43,874 nucleotides of DNA from a virus. Each line of letters begins with the position of its first letter. Position 1 is the stretch's first letter. The notes beneath the pieces are model-generated. The model was not told where the DNA came from. It worked only from the letters and a program-made list of their open reading frames with translations, and ran no database searches. The stretch covers positions 1-43,874 of the IMG/VR virus record IMGVR_UViG_3300034069_000526; one strand, 5' to 3'. The position numbers and the translations under genes were made by a program. Positions 32,662 through 41,127 of this stretch are shown in pieces.

Positions 32662-34729
32662 CTACACGGACATTGTCCTTGACGATTATAAGCGGCCTAT
32701 CCCTGAAGCAACCGTAACTCTGTTTTCAGAGAATGGTTTGGTTCAAATTGCGCAGACGCAAACGGACGTTTCCGGCAGGTTTTTGTTTGCCGCATCGGAC
32801 GATGTGTACACGCTTCAGGTGGGCTACGGCGGTGTAGTCGAGCGTTCCACCATCGTTATCGGCAAGCCTGCGCAATTTAGGGGTGAGCCGGGCGGTGTAG
32901 TGCCAAGCCCCACTTTCGCCGAGCTGCAAGCGCGTATGGCTGCTGGCGAGGCGATCAAGATCGCCTGCTTCGGCGATAGCGAAATCGACGGCTACGGCAC
33001 GTCAGGCTATACCAAAAACCCTGTTGGCCCTGGAAGTATCTTCGACAGCCCGGCGCTGGGCAACATCGACCATGAGGGTACGGCGCCCAACGCATGGCCT
33101 GCCAAGCTGAAAGCCAATCTGCGGGAAGCGTTCGGCAACAATAACATTCAAGTTTGGAACGCTGGCTATCAAAGCAAGATGGCCTCAGACGGTTGGGCCA
33201 TCGCAAACTACGATGCCGCGGTGACGAACAACCCATATTATGGCAGACCCGACGTTTGTTTCGTACTCTTCGGCACCAACGATCAGACACACAATTACAC
33301 CGTGAGCCAGTTTATCTCGCAGATGCGGCTCCTGCTGAAAAAGATCATTGGCAATGGCACTCTGCCGATTTTGCTGTCGGCCAATCCTTGCCGCGAGAAC
33401 ACCTCGCTAGACGGCGCCTCTGGCCTCGCCATGTTCCAGCAGTTCGACACCGCAAAGCGCGGATTGGCTGTCGAGCTGGGCATTCCCTTCTTTGACACTG
33501 GCGGTGAAATTAGCCGCTGGCTGGAGCAGAACGAGGACGGGTATTCGTGGTATCAGACGCAACCCGATGGCGTCCATCTCGGCGATGACGGGCATGCTTA
33601 TTGGGCGGGATTCCTGACCTCCTGCCTGTTCCCTGGGACGGTATGCGTTCAGGACTCCACGCCGCTCAACCTTCTCAACTACGATCCGCGAACGGCTTCC
33701 TTGGTATCGGTCGCGCAGCCAGCGTACTCGACGGCGCCTTATCCCCGCCTAGGCGCCAACCCTACGCCGGATGGATTGTGGACTGCAAGCCAGCCTGTGA
33801 TGACGGCATGGCTCTGGAACGAGCAGCCCGATTGCTCGCTGGTGTACCGTACTAACGTCAACGACGGTGTGGCTGTGCGTGCCAATAGCCCGCGCATCCA
33901 AGCAAGGGAGTTTGTGCGCCGTTCGACCTATTACGACAAACCCATCGACAACAGCGGGCTTCAGTTTCCTGCGGTCTATAAGGGAATTGAGCGCCCGAGC
34001 ATTGTCACCCGCCTGAAGTATGGGCTGAACAAAGTTACCTTGCTTGCCCCATCCGTTGTCCAGACAGGGTTTACGTTCGGATATTTCCAGTTGTGGCCTA
34101 AGTGTCGGGCAGGGTGCAAATCCACGCCGCTACTTTATGGAGACGTGCCGCAGTCGAACGCCTTAGCTTCTACAGGTTCGCTCTATCGGGATGCCAGCGG
34201 AACGACCGGTATCACCATGCAGCTCTCTGGAGAATCTCTGGACGGCAGCAATGTTGTCTGCTTTGGCGGCGACGATCGCCGAAGCACGCTGCTTCTTGAG
34301 CTACAAATGGACAAAGGAACCGGCTTTTTCCTGCTTTCGGGAGAGGGGTTTGTAAACTCCACAGTCAAAAGGGTTGGCGTTCAGATTTACCGGAAGGGGG
34401 ATATAGTAACCCCTTATTACTACTCGGTCGACACTGGGGGAGTGCTGAACAACGATCCATTGTGGGGCTCCGCTGGAGGCGCCTGGGCCTATACGGGTGT
34501 AGCCAAGTTGCGGATTGATCTGTTCCGCGACCCCTCAACCGCTGCGCAGCGGATCATAGCCTACAGCGACTGGAAGGGCTCAACGGTCATCTTTGATGCG
34601 TCTGGCGGCGTGACAACCGACATGATCCCCGTTGCCGGATATTTTGGCGATCTGGTGAGCAACGCCGACCAGTTCGGCGATCAGAACGGTATCATTGACG
34701 TGCAAAAGGCCATAATTCAGCACAGCTAA
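32654..34729 (+). CDS. tailspike/fibre with SGNH (GDSL) hydrolase domain
   Basis: ATG 32654 after GGAAGG. CarboxypepD_reg-like N-terminus (TVTLFSENG...DVSGRFLF). SGNH blocks ACFGDSEIDGYG, FGTND and DGVHLGDDGH. Confidence 0.8.
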   Translation: MASYTDIVLDDYKRPIPEATVTLFSENGLVQIAQTQTDVSGRFLFAASDDVYTLQVGYGGVVERSTIVIGKPAQFRGEPGGVVPSPTFAELQARMAAGEAIKIACFGDSEIDGYGTSGYTKNPVGPGSIFDSPALGNIDHEGTAPNAWPAKLKANLREAFGNNNIQVWNAGYQSKMASDGWAIANYDAAVTNNPYYGRPDVCFVLFGTNDQTHNYTVSQFISQMRLLLKKIIGNGTLPILLSANPCRENTSLDGASGLAMFQQFDTAKRGLAVELGIPFFDTGGEISRWLEQNEDGYSWYQTQPDGVHLGDDGHAYWAGFLTSCLFPGTVCVQDSTPLNLLNYDPRTASLVSVAQPAYSTAPYPRLGANPTPDGLWTASQPVMTAWLWNEQPDCSLVYRTNVNDGVAVRANSPRIQAREFVRRSTYYDKPIDNSGLQFPAVYKGIERPSIVTRLKYGLNKVTLLAPSVVQTGFTFGYFQLWPKCRAGCKSTPLLYGDVPQSNALASTGSLYRDASGTTGITMQLSGESLDGSNVVCFGGDDRRSTLLLELQMDKGTGFFLLSGEGFVNSTVKRVGVQIYRKGDIVTPYYYSVDTGGVLNNDPLWGSAGGAWAYTGVAKLRIDLFRDPSTAAQRIIAYSDWKGSTVIFDASGGVTTDMIPVAGYFGDLVSNADQFGDQNGIIDVQKAIIQHS

Positions 34730-34769
34730 AGTGACCCGTGCCGGCGGTATCCGGTCAAGGAGAAAAAGC

Positions 34770-34934
34770 ATGAAGCTGAACGAAGAGGTCAAGCAGTTCA
34801 TTCGCGAGGAGATCGCGCGGCAGCTTGCGGCACAGGGTGGTGGCTTTACCACTGCTGACGACGACAGCGGTGGACATGGCAACACGCCCCCGCCTCCGCC
34901 CGCCACCGATCCGACGCCGATCACAGGCGGCTGA
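34770..34934 (+). CDS. hypothetical small protein with Pro-rich tail (54 aa)
   Basis: AAGGAG upstream of ATG 34770. Confidence 0.5.
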   Translation: MKLNEEVKQFIREEIARQLAAQGGGFTTADDDSGGHGNTPPPPPATDPTPITGG

Positions 34935-35440
34935 TGGATACGCTGCTCTACGGTGGCCTGTGTGCGCTCATGGTCGAGCTAGCGCGCTGCACTCCCGTGG
35001 AGCAGCGGCAACAGGCCATTCAAGCATCCGCGGTGCTGTGCGCCGTATGGGTGTTGTACAGCCTCGCATGGTATCGCCCGATGGCTCCTTCTCACCTGTT
35101 GCGTGAGGCGGGAGTTGAGACCAGCCACGAGGATATGTGGCTTCTGGCCGATGCGTTGGCCGGCGCTGCTATTCTCGGACTGGCTTTCGAATGGCGGTGG
35201 TCATGGGCCTTGTGGGCGCTGCTGTTCGGACAGGTTATTACCTTGTCCGCCAGCGTGCTTACTGGGTGGGAATACGCGGATTACTCAACAACCCTGAACC
35301 TGCTCTTTTTTGGACAGATAGCGGTGTTCGCCGTCATAGGAGGGCGGGGCTTTGTGGATCGTTGCAATAGGTATCTTGGTCGGCTCCGCTTTCGTCGCCG
35401 GCCGACTGTCTCGCAAGTGCTGGGAAAACGGCGAGCATGA
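34934..35440 (+). CDS. multi-pass membrane protein
   Basis: ORF track; about four hydrophobic helices; heads the lysis region. Confidence 0.6.
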   Translation: MDTLLYGGLCALMVELARCTPVEQRQQAIQASAVLCAVWVLYSLAWYRPMAPSHLLREAGVETSHEDMWLLADALAGAAILGLAFEWRWSWALWALLFGQVITLSASVLTGWEYADYSTTLNLLFFGQIAVFAVIGGRGFVDRCNRYLGRLRFRRRPTVSQVLGKRRA

Positions 35441-35754
35441 ATGATGACAACGCGTTGATGCGATTTCTGTGGCCGCTGCTTGCCAGTTTGGCGGGCGCGG
35501 TCACGGCGCTGTCTCTGCGCCCGTGGCAAGGCATGAGCCGCGGTGAGGTCATTCTGGCCGTGTTCGTTGGCGCCAGCTTTGCCTATTTCGTCGCGCCCTG
35601 GGTCGTGTGGGTGATGTTCAAAGACGGTCCGGTTCCGATCCGGGCGTTAGGAGTAATCTACTACGGCATGGCCTCGGGGTCCAATGCCTTGATCCCGCTG
35701 ATTATCAAAAAGCTCGGTAACCACCTTGGCTTGCGCGAAGGAGAGGATAAGTGA
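35437..35754 (+). CDS. holin candidate (3 TM)
   Basis: 105 aa, ATGA-coupled, three hydrophobic helices, charged C-terminus; upstream of the endolysin. Confidence 0.5.
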   Translation: MNDDNALMRFLWPLLASLAGAVTALSLRPWQGMSRGEVILAVFVGASFAYFVAPWVVWVMFKDGPVPIRALGVIYYGMASGSNALIPLIIKKLGNHLGLREGEDK

Positions 35755-36071
35755 GCTGGGCAATCCTGAACATCGTTATGGGCGCGCTGGTGTCGATGAT
35801 CCTCGCCTACAAGCTCGGCGCTATCCCGCAAAAGTTCAACCGCTTCGAAACCTCCGGCATGGCCATCACCGCGGCAAGCATGGTGCTCACGGTTGGGCCG
35901 ATCCTTGGGCGGGCGTATCACTTCACATCGCCGTTTGACGATTGGAGTGTGACGCTTACCCGGCTTGGCCTTTTGCTCTACTTTATCGGACGGCTGCTTA
36001 GGCACTGGCTGGCGAATCGTGCGGCCAATCACGAGGCTAAAGCGCATCTCAAATCACGGGGAAAGCTATGA
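35751..36071 (+). CDS. holin/antiholin candidate (membrane protein)
   Basis: 106 aa, GTGA-coupled, hydrophobic helices, basic C-terminus. Confidence 0.5.
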   Translation: MSWAILNIVMGALVSMILAYKLGAIPQKFNRFETSGMAITAASMVLTVGPILGRAYHFTSPFDDWSVTLTRLGLLLYFIGRLLRHWLANRAANHEAKAHLKSRGKL

Positions 36072-36529
36072 CCCAAGCACTCACCGCTACTCAAGCTGCC
36101 GCGCTCGCCATGGTCGACAAGGACCTAGACACTGACGAAGGCGTGATCCCTTACGCCTACACTGACAATCTGGGCTACTGGACGATCGGCCGCGGCATTC
36201 TGATCGACAAGCGGAAGGGCGGAAAGCTCTTCCCCGAGGAAATCGCGTTCATTAATCGCAATCGGCTGGGCATGTTGCTCGCTGGCGTGGTTGAGGAACC
36301 CTGGTATCCCGCCGTGGCAGGTGATCCGGTACGCCTCGCCGGTATTCTCAACATGCAGTTCCAGCTTGGAAGCGGGAGTGACGAGGCATTCGCCAACTCG
36401 TTCCGCTACATCGCTGCCAAAGATTGGGCCAACGCGGCCAAGAACCTACGGCAGTCGCTGTGGGCGAAGCAGACGCCAGCCCGAGCAGAGCGGGTCATTC
36501 GGCTTATTGAGACAGGAAAGCACGCATGA
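36068..36529 (+). CDS. endolysin, T4-type lysozyme (GH24)
   Basis: DTDEGVIPYAYTDNLGYWTIGRG follows the E-x8-D-x5-T catalytic pattern (EG...Y.D..G..TIG.G). Confidence 0.85.
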   Translation: MTQALTATQAAALAMVDKDLDTDEGVIPYAYTDNLGYWTIGRGILIDKRKGGKLFPEEIAFINRNRLGMLLAGVVEEPWYPAVAGDPVRLAGILNMQFQLGSGSDEAFANSFRYIAAKDWANAAKNLRQSLWAKQTPARAERVIRLIETGKHA

Positions 36530-36801
36530 GCGACAACAACGAAACCGCACAGGTGATCGTCAACGCGGACCCGACGTGGGACCAGATGATGTCGGGCCTG
36601 CGCTCGTTCATCGTTGCGGGCATGGCGTTTGCTCTTGGCCGTCACTGGATTGAGGGCGATACGGCCACCTTTCTGGGCGGCGCAGTCGCATTTAGCACGG
36701 TGCTGATAGGTCAGTTGCACACTCGCCATCGCGCCAAGCAGCTTGCCAACATCGCCAGTGACCCGCGTGTCCCTGATGCTGTTGCTATAGTGGCGAAGTA
36801 G
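36526..36801 (+). CDS. membrane protein at the end of the lysis cassette
   Basis: ORF track; two hydrophobic segments; no lipobox. Confidence 0.5.
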   Translation: MSDNNETAQVIVNADPTWDQMMSGLRSFIVAGMAFALGRHWIEGDTATFLGGAVAFSTVLIGQLHTRHRAKQLANIASDPRVPDAVAIVAK

Positions 36802-36823
36802 GCGGCGGATTGCGCGCTGCCGC
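36802..36823. terminator. hairpin between convergent genes (GCGGCGG/CTGCCGC)
   Basis: 7-bp stem (one G-U pair) with an 8-nt loop, between the stop at 36801 (+) and the stop at 36832 (-). Confidence 0.4.
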
Positions 36824-36831
36824 TCGCGCGT

Positions 36832-37152
36832 CTAAAACAAACCCCAGAACCATTTGCGGAAGGCAAAGACGAGTTTTGGCTCCCATAGTTTAGCAGAGGC
36901 ACCGCACAATCCGTCGCGTCCTCGCGCCTGTTTAGTAGGAATGGCTCCGGGAATGACCAAGCCATTTTCATTGCTGTTTCTGGCTTCTTGCAGAACCGCC
37001 ACGGGCGATCGGCACCAGAGACCAAACCCTAAGGTCGAGTAACCCGGCTCAGGGCCTTGCGCCCATCTGCATTCCAGGCAGCTTGCACCAGCCTCTTTGC
37101 GCAGAGCCTCTACGCGCTCAAACGCAGCCTCTATTTTTTGAATTTCGTCCAT
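36832..37152 (-). CDS. hypothetical protein (106 aa), antisense moron after the lysis cassette
   Basis: Perfect AAGGAG 6 nt upstream of ATG 37152; lower local GC; MDEIQKIEAAFERVEALRKEAGASCLECRW...; hydrophobic Trp/Phe-rich C-terminus. Confidence 0.55.
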   Translation of the reverse strand: MDEIQKIEAAFERVEALRKEAGASCLECRWAQGPEPGYSTLGFGLWCRSPVAVLQEARNSNENGLVIPGAIPTKQARGRDGLCGASAKLWEPKLVFAFRKWFWGLF

Positions 37153-37311
37153 TACTCGCTCCTTGCGTGGAGCGGCTCTGTCGGTTAGCCCGAAGTCGGG
37201 CAGCGCGTCACAACCGCGTATGTCCGCCGGGGCGAGCGTCCAACTCGACCCCGGCTCCTCGTCTTTCCGCCTGCGCTGTGTTATTGTCAAGCCAGCAACA
37301 GGAGAAACGAA

Positions 37312-37473
37312 GTGAAGCTGTTTGGCATCAAGATCGCCGGCAAGACGCTCAAGGCAGTCCTCCTGCCCGTCGCCACGGCTGTCGTTGTGCATCAGGTCAC
37401 TACCGGCAAGCTCGATGTGAAGGGCGCGGTTCTAGACGCCCTGCAAGGCGCGCTGGACAAGCGGAAGGCGTGA
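37312..37473 (+). CDS. hypothetical small protein (53 aa)
   Basis: AGGAGA 6 nt upstream of GTG 37312; stop in GTGA overlap with the next gene; below the track cutoff. Confidence 0.45.
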   Translation: MKLFGIKIAGKTLKAVLLPVATAVVVHQVTTGKLDVKGAVLDALQGALDKRKA

Positions 37474-37742
37474 ACGCGAACACACTGGCCTGCGCTATCT
37501 CAGCGCGTGCCAGTGACGCTCTGGCGAGCCCCTATGCCCTTCCTGTGTATGTAGGAGCACGCGTCGCAGCGTGGAGGTGGCTACCAGCCGAGTATATCAC
37601 GCTGTACCTATCCGACTTCGCCAATGCGGTGCTGATCCTGATGGCGGCGGAGCAAGCGCGACAATCCCGGAAGCTGGAGCGCGAGGTGGACGAGCTAGTG
37701 CGTGCTACGGATGGAGCGGATGATAGGCTGGCCAACGATTGA
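37470..37742 (+). CDS. hypothetical protein with TM helix and coiled-coil tail (90 aa)
   Basis: GTG 37470 in GTGA overlap; tail of track ORF 37083..37742. Confidence 0.5.
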   Translation: MNANTLACAISARASDALASPYALPVYVGARVAAWRWLPAEYITLYLSDFANAVLILMAAEQARQSRKLEREVDELVRATDGADDRLAND

Positions 37743-37844
37743 TGCTGCGGCGAGCGGCGGTCCATATCGGACTTTCCCAGCAACGGGTTTCGACTTGCGA
37801 GGCAATCGGTTGCTCGATCGCATCTAAGCCGCCCGCCGCAGCCC
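37743..37844. repeat. intergenic palindromic element R3 (13-bp GC arms) between convergent operon ends
   Basis: GCTGCGGCG-A-GCGG 37744-37757 pairs with CCGC-C-CGCCGCAGC 37829-37842. The left end matches R2 at 20 of 21 positions, including the stop codon. The reverse complement of the right arm carries the 15-mer GCTGCGGCGGGCGGC also found in R2. Confidence 0.6.
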
Positions 37845-37915
37845 GTTCTAGTTACCACAGCCCTTCCCTACCCTCAACACCTGATTACCCAACGAGCGGC
37901 GAAGGGTACGGGGCG

Positions 37916-38266
37916 TCATGCTGGAAACATGTCGGCTATGGCTGCGGCTTGTCGGGCGCGCGCCTGGATTCCGGCACGGCGCATCGGAGCGTCGTAGCGG
38001 TTGTGGCATTGCTGGCAGGCGTGGAACATGCGTTCGATGCTGGTTTCCTCCAGCGGCACACCGTGTTGGTGCGCCAGCGTCAGAACGACCTTTGAGCCTG
38101 TCGATGGATGCGGCTGCCCGTTCAGCGCCGCGCATCGACCGTCCTCGTGATCTAGGCCGCATCGTCCGTCGCACTCGCACCGGCCCCCGCTGCGCACGCC
38201 AGCCTCAGCCACCATCTGCCGCCACGTCTTAGGGTAGCGGGCGCGGTTCTCAGGACGGATCGGCAT
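37916..38266 (-). CDS. HNH endonuclease
   Basis: Strong GGGGAGGGGGAGG upstream of ATG 38266; GGRCECDGRC ... LAHQH ... CQQCHNRYD. Confidence 0.65.
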   Translation of the reverse strand: MPIRPENRARYPKTWRQMVAEAGVRSGGRCECDGRCGLDHEDGRCAALNGQPHPSTGSKVVLTLAHQHGVPLEETSIERMFHACQQCHNRYDAPMRRAGIQARARQAAAIADMFPA

Positions 38267-38270
38267 TACC

Positions 38271-38423
38271 TCACCTCCCCCTCCCCGCAGATCGGGCGCG
38301 CGAAGGGGTGTCGACCCAGAACACCGCGTTGGCATCCCGAACCGCCCGCTCCATGCGGCTGGCGATCATGGCCCACCAGCGGCGACGGCGGGCGCGGTTG
38401 TTGCCGGTGCGGAGGCGGGTCAT
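38271..38423 (-). CDS. possible Arg-rich small protein (50 aa)
   Basis: ATGA overlap at 38423; composition could also be non-coding. Confidence 0.35.
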   Translation of the reverse strand: MTRLRTGNNRARRRRWWAMIASRMERAVRDANAVFWVDTPSRARSAGRGR

Positions 38424-38617
38424 GTCACAATCTCCAAAAACACATCGCCATCTTCAGCTACAGGCAGACACCGCCACACCGCGTCACCGATAGCCTCACG
38501 CAGTGCTTCGGTCATATCCACTTCTGCGCTTGTTTCAATGCGGATGGTGAGGTGGTGGGCGTGCAGCGGGATAGGCGGCTGCTCGTCCTGTCCCATCCCG
38601 TTGAATGTGTCGGTCAT
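38420..38617 (-). CDS. hypothetical small protein (65 aa)
   Basis: ATG 38617 in ATGA overlap; the upstream part of track ORF 38420..38794 looks off-frame. Confidence 0.45.
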   Translation of the reverse strand: MTDTFNGMGQDEQPPIPLHAHHLTIRIETSAEVDMTEALREAIGDAVWRCLPVAEDGDVFLEIVT

Positions 38618-38970
38618 TGCTCGTTTCGATCGCGCACGGCGGGCTGTTGTTGCGTGTTCGCCAACTCCAACAGCACGTCGGCATGGCAGGGCTGGCCTAG
38701 CGGGCACCAGCAGGCTAGGTTTTTGCCGCGCAAAGGTTCCGCCCACTTCCCGGCCTGAAGGCTGTTCCAAGTGTCGGCATAGTACCGGAAACATGCAACA
38801 GCCTCGGCAACATTGCCCACCTCGGACGGTAGCGCAGTGCTGAATTGCGAGGCGTTATCGCCGACCTTGAACGGATTACCCCACCGCCCCGGTCGCGCAA
38901 CGCTAACCGTGTTATCTGGCATCCGCCAGCCTTTTTTGCGCGAAAGCTGGACTCGCACAGGTTTGTTCAC
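38614..38970 (-). CDS. DUF4326 domain protein
   Basis: RPGRWGNPF ... LRGKNLACWCPLGQPCHADVLL matches the recalled DUF4326 pattern. Confidence 0.7.
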   Translation of the reverse strand: MNKPVRVQLSRKKGWRMPDNTVSVARPGRWGNPFKVGDNASQFSTALPSEVGNVAEAVACFRYYADTWNSLQAGKWAEPLRGKNLACWCPLGQPCHADVLLELANTQQQPAVRDRNEQ

Positions 38971-39137
38971 GACTTCCCCTCCCGTTCGATCCGTGCGGCT
39001 TCCTCGCGCTCAAGCGACAGCTCCGCATGGCGCAACAGCCAGTACGGGTGCGCTTCACCGGACAGCACCTTGTCGGCTTCGGTGTGGTTGCCGGAAGCGC
39101 GGTAGCGGGCTGCTACTGCTTCGTGGGCGGGGGTCAT
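38967..39137 (-). CDS. hypothetical small protein (56 aa)
   Basis: ATGA overlap at 39137 and GTGA at 38970; below the track cutoff. Confidence 0.45.
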   Translation of the reverse strand: MTPAHEAVAARYRASGNHTEADKVLSGEAHPYWLLRHAELSLEREEAARIEREGKS

Positions 39138-39346
39138 TGGGCACTCCTGCGCTTCAGCTTCAGCACCTCGTCGGGGTCAGTCCCGAATGCGCGGCACAGC
39201 GATTTGGAGTAGGTGCTGCCAAGACCAAACAGGTGCATGACGCAGACCCAGCGTGGCTCTGGCTGGCTGACATGACGTGGCTTCACATTGCGGACAGCGC
39301 GACCGAGCAGCGCGTCGTTCGACACGTCATCGAATATCTCGCTCAT
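39134..39346 (-). CDS. hypothetical protein (70 aa)
   Basis: GGAGGA upstream of ATG 39346. Confidence 0.5.
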   Translation of the reverse strand: MSEIFDDVSNDALLGRAVRNVKPRHVSQPEPRWVCVMHLFGLGSTYSKSLCRAFGTDPDEVLKLKRRSAQ

Positions 39347-39430
39347 ATCGTCCTCCGGATGCACCGGTGTTTCCGGCCCATGCTGTCGGTGAGGTGTTCG
39401 GGGTAGTGGGAGGCTGCTGCGATCTGTGCT

Positions 39431-40057
39431 TCAGTCATGGCGATGCCCTTCCGGGCCCGCGCTGTCGCCTTCGGTCGAGCCCGTGCCGGTCTCGCCGGCT
39501 TCGCCGCTTCCATCGCTATCGCGGAGTAGCTTGCGCGCGGCAGCCATCTCCACGCTGTTGTGGAAGCCAGTGTCCGCCAATGACGCGACGAGGTTACGCA
39601 ACCCGTCTTCCAACGCCCACATGCGCGCCTTAACGCTGTCTACGGAACGGTTTGCCCACTCGATGGCGTAGGTGCGTTCGCGGGCTAGCTGTTCGATGGA
39701 GTCGGCGGCATCCTTGGCCATTTGCCCACCGACGCTACCTTCGTGCGCAATGTCCTGCAAAGCTCGCTGGTCGCGAAAAGCAGCCTCCCAGTCGGGCGGT
39801 GGTCCCTTCCTAGTTTTAGGAAGCGCCGCGAACCCGGCCAGCCGTTCGGCAACGGCGAACATGAACTGGCAATACTCGGGATCAAGGTTCTCCCGAGCTT
39901 GCATCCGACATTGAGCCGCCATGTCAGCCGTCGAGAGTTCCGAAAACCGACCGGACTTTTCCCGCGAAGGATCGAAGCGGGAACCGCCAAGACCCGCAGG
40001 GGCTTGGTCCGCAGGACGAGAGCCTGTCCCCGTCAGGGGCGCGACAGAACCGGTCAC
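39431..40057 (-). CDS. hypothetical protein (208 aa)
   Basis: ORF track; GTGA overlap at 40057. Confidence 0.6.
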   Translation of the reverse strand: MTGSVAPLTGTGSRPADQAPAGLGGSRFDPSREKSGRFSELSTADMAAQCRMQARENLDPEYCQFMFAVAERLAGFAALPKTRKGPPPDWEAAFRDQRALQDIAHEGSVGGQMAKDAADSIEQLARERTYAIEWANRSVDSVKARMWALEDGLRNLVASLADTGFHNSVEMAAARKLLRDSDGSGEAGETGTGSTEGDSAGPEGHRHD

Positions 40058-40227
40058 AATCCTTCCCCCTTCCCTAAAGGTAGGGACATGGCAGAGCGCC
40101 TTGAGCGTTCAGCTCGCGCCAACTCTTGTGTCTCAGGAGAAGCTTTGCACGTTGGGCAAGTACGCTTTTCGTGCCTGGCACTGCTCGCAATAAGCCCACC
40201 GCAGCACGGGCAATCGTAGCCGTTCAT
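40054..40227 (-). CDS. zinc-ribbon small protein (57 aa)
   Basis: ATG 40227; CPCC ... CPTC. Confidence 0.5.
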   Translation of the reverse strand: MNGYDCPCCGGLIASSARHEKRTCPTCKASPETQELARAERSRRSAMSLPLGKGEGL

Positions 40228-40229
40228 AT

Positions 40230-40640
40230 CTACTTCCCTTCGGGGGGCATGGCAGAGCGGATGGCGGTGGCGATTGCGATGGCTGGGGTTGCCATGGCAG
40301 CACCCCACGCCTCCGCGTGCTCGTCAGCAATGACTGCGGCTTTCTCCATACCCCGCCGTTCTGCTTCCTGTTCATGGGTGAAGATTGCGTCGACCGCAGA
40401 CCGCAGCGTGGGCAGCGCGTCGACGGCAGCCGCAGACAAAAGCGCTCGCGCCGTATCGCGTTCGTCGTTGGCTAGGCGTATTTCAGCGTCAGCTTCAGGG
40501 CTGTAATCGGTGTCGTATTTCACCGTCAGGGCGCGCCGATGTTGGACCGCCGCCTCCGTGCGATTCATGAGCGCCCGCAACCGCTCAACCAGCCCCGCGA
40601 TCTCGGCAACCCTATCAGGGCTGTTATCTGAGGGGTTCAT
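40230..40640 (-). CDS. hypothetical protein (136 aa)
   Basis: AAGGAGG upstream of ATG 40640. Confidence 0.55.
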   Translation of the reverse strand: MNPSDNSPDRVAEIAGLVERLRALMNRTEAAVQHRRALTVKYDTDYSPEADAEIRLANDERDTARALLSAAAVDALPTLRSAVDAIFTHEQEAERRGMEKAAVIADEHAEAWGAAMATPAIAIATAIRSAMPPEGK

Positions 40641-40846
40641 GCGGAGCCTCCTTGATCGAGCCACCGTCGCAAGCGGAGATAGGTTTCGACCGATGGCGGC
40701 AGTTGCTTTTTAGCCACCCGATGTATGCTAGCCTGGTCTACGCCGATCTGCGTTTGCAGTTGGCGCAAAGACAGGTTTGCCCGCGCCATCGCCAAGCGGA
40801 CTTCGAGCGAGAAGGCCCCCGCGTCGAACAGGGCATCACCCGTCAT
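40637..40846 (-). CDS. small XRE-type HTH protein (69 aa)
   Basis: ATG 40846 in ATGA overlap; LSLRQLQTQIGVDQASIHRVAKKQ. Confidence 0.6.
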   Translation of the reverse strand: MTGDALFDAGAFSLEVRLAMARANLSLRQLQTQIGVDQASIHRVAKKQLPPSVETYLRLRRWLDQGGSA

Positions 40847-41127
40847 GCCGCAAACTCCGCAGCGCGAGCGCGAAGGGCCGCAGCGGTCTGCTTTCGCCGA
40901 TCTGCGCATCCCAAGCGATGATCGGTCCAGTCCCACGCAAGATGCGTGCTTTCCCGTCCCGAGTGGTCGGTATAGATGACCTTCGTACCGGCCGCGTTTG
41001 CCCGGATCGCGATGAATCGCTTGTCTGGCCTGAACAGCGCAATCTCGACAAGAACATCGAGCGCGTTGTCGTTGTGGCCCGCTGCCTCCACACGCTCCGC
41101 AAGCTCAATAAGCTCTGCCCGGTTCAT
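40843..41127 (-). CDS. hypothetical protein (94 aa)
   Basis: ORF track; coupled on both sides. Confidence 0.55.
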   Translation of the reverse strand: MNRAELIELAERVEAAGHNDNALDVLVEIALFRPDKRFIAIRANAAGTKVIYTDHSGRESTHLAWDWTDHRLGCADRRKQTAAALRARAAEFAA

